Assembly: GCF_001194135.2 (NCBI RefSeq)
Contig: NC_068988.1
Span: 14,536,144-14,568,255, forward strand
Length of the DNA stretch: 32,112 nucleotides
From: Octopus bimaculoides
Taxonomy: Eukaryota
Reading direction: 5' to 3'
Shown here: piece by piece, positions 32,004 through 32,112 of the stretch
How the letters are laid out: every line of letters begins with the position of its first letter
Position numbering within the stretch: the first letter of the stretch is position 1
Program-made: the position numbers and the translations under genes
Notes under the pieces: generated by a model
Database searches by the model: none
What the model saw: only the letters and a program-made list of their open reading frames with translations
Told to the model about the DNA's origin: nothing

Positions 32004-32112
32004 CATTATTATTCACTTATACTGGCTGCAAGAGCCCAAACCTAGAGCAGAAAACGCCATGCAAACTGGATTGCAAAGCGTATGATGTACATACATATAC
32101 ATACATATGTAC

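Overview
AT-rich, microsatellite-dense eukaryotic DNA from a gapped short-read assembly, with ten N-gaps, most flanked by microsatellites. The SINE families and repeat landscape point to an octopus genome, probably Octopus bimaculoides; this is pattern recognition, not a database result. The only host coding sequence I can support is one 141-nt internal exon (19416-19556, +) of a Cys-loop GABA-A/glycine-type ligand-gated ion channel subunit most like Drosophila Grd, so the rest is read as very long intron. The intron holds three decayed D34D mariner elements (one near full length), Tc1/mariner-, pogo/Tigger-, hAT- and piggyBac-type MITEs, at least four tRNA-derived SINE families, about eight fragments of R4/Dong-type restriction-endonuclease-like (REL) LINEs mostly abutting (AAT)n arrays, and a probable LINE ORF1 remnant. 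The most notable signals are: (1) an intact minimal Penelope-type hammerhead ribozyme motif at 4918-4954; (2) three dispersed, diverged repeats with hammerhead core motifs in permuted order (GAAAC before CUGANGA); (3) a MITE nested in the centre of a palindromic MITE, forming a ~200-nt hairpin 1.5 kb upstream of the exon. Almost all long ORFs in the supplied track are gap or microsatellite artefacts. Repeat boundaries were read by eye and are approximate unless TIR/TSD coordinates are given.
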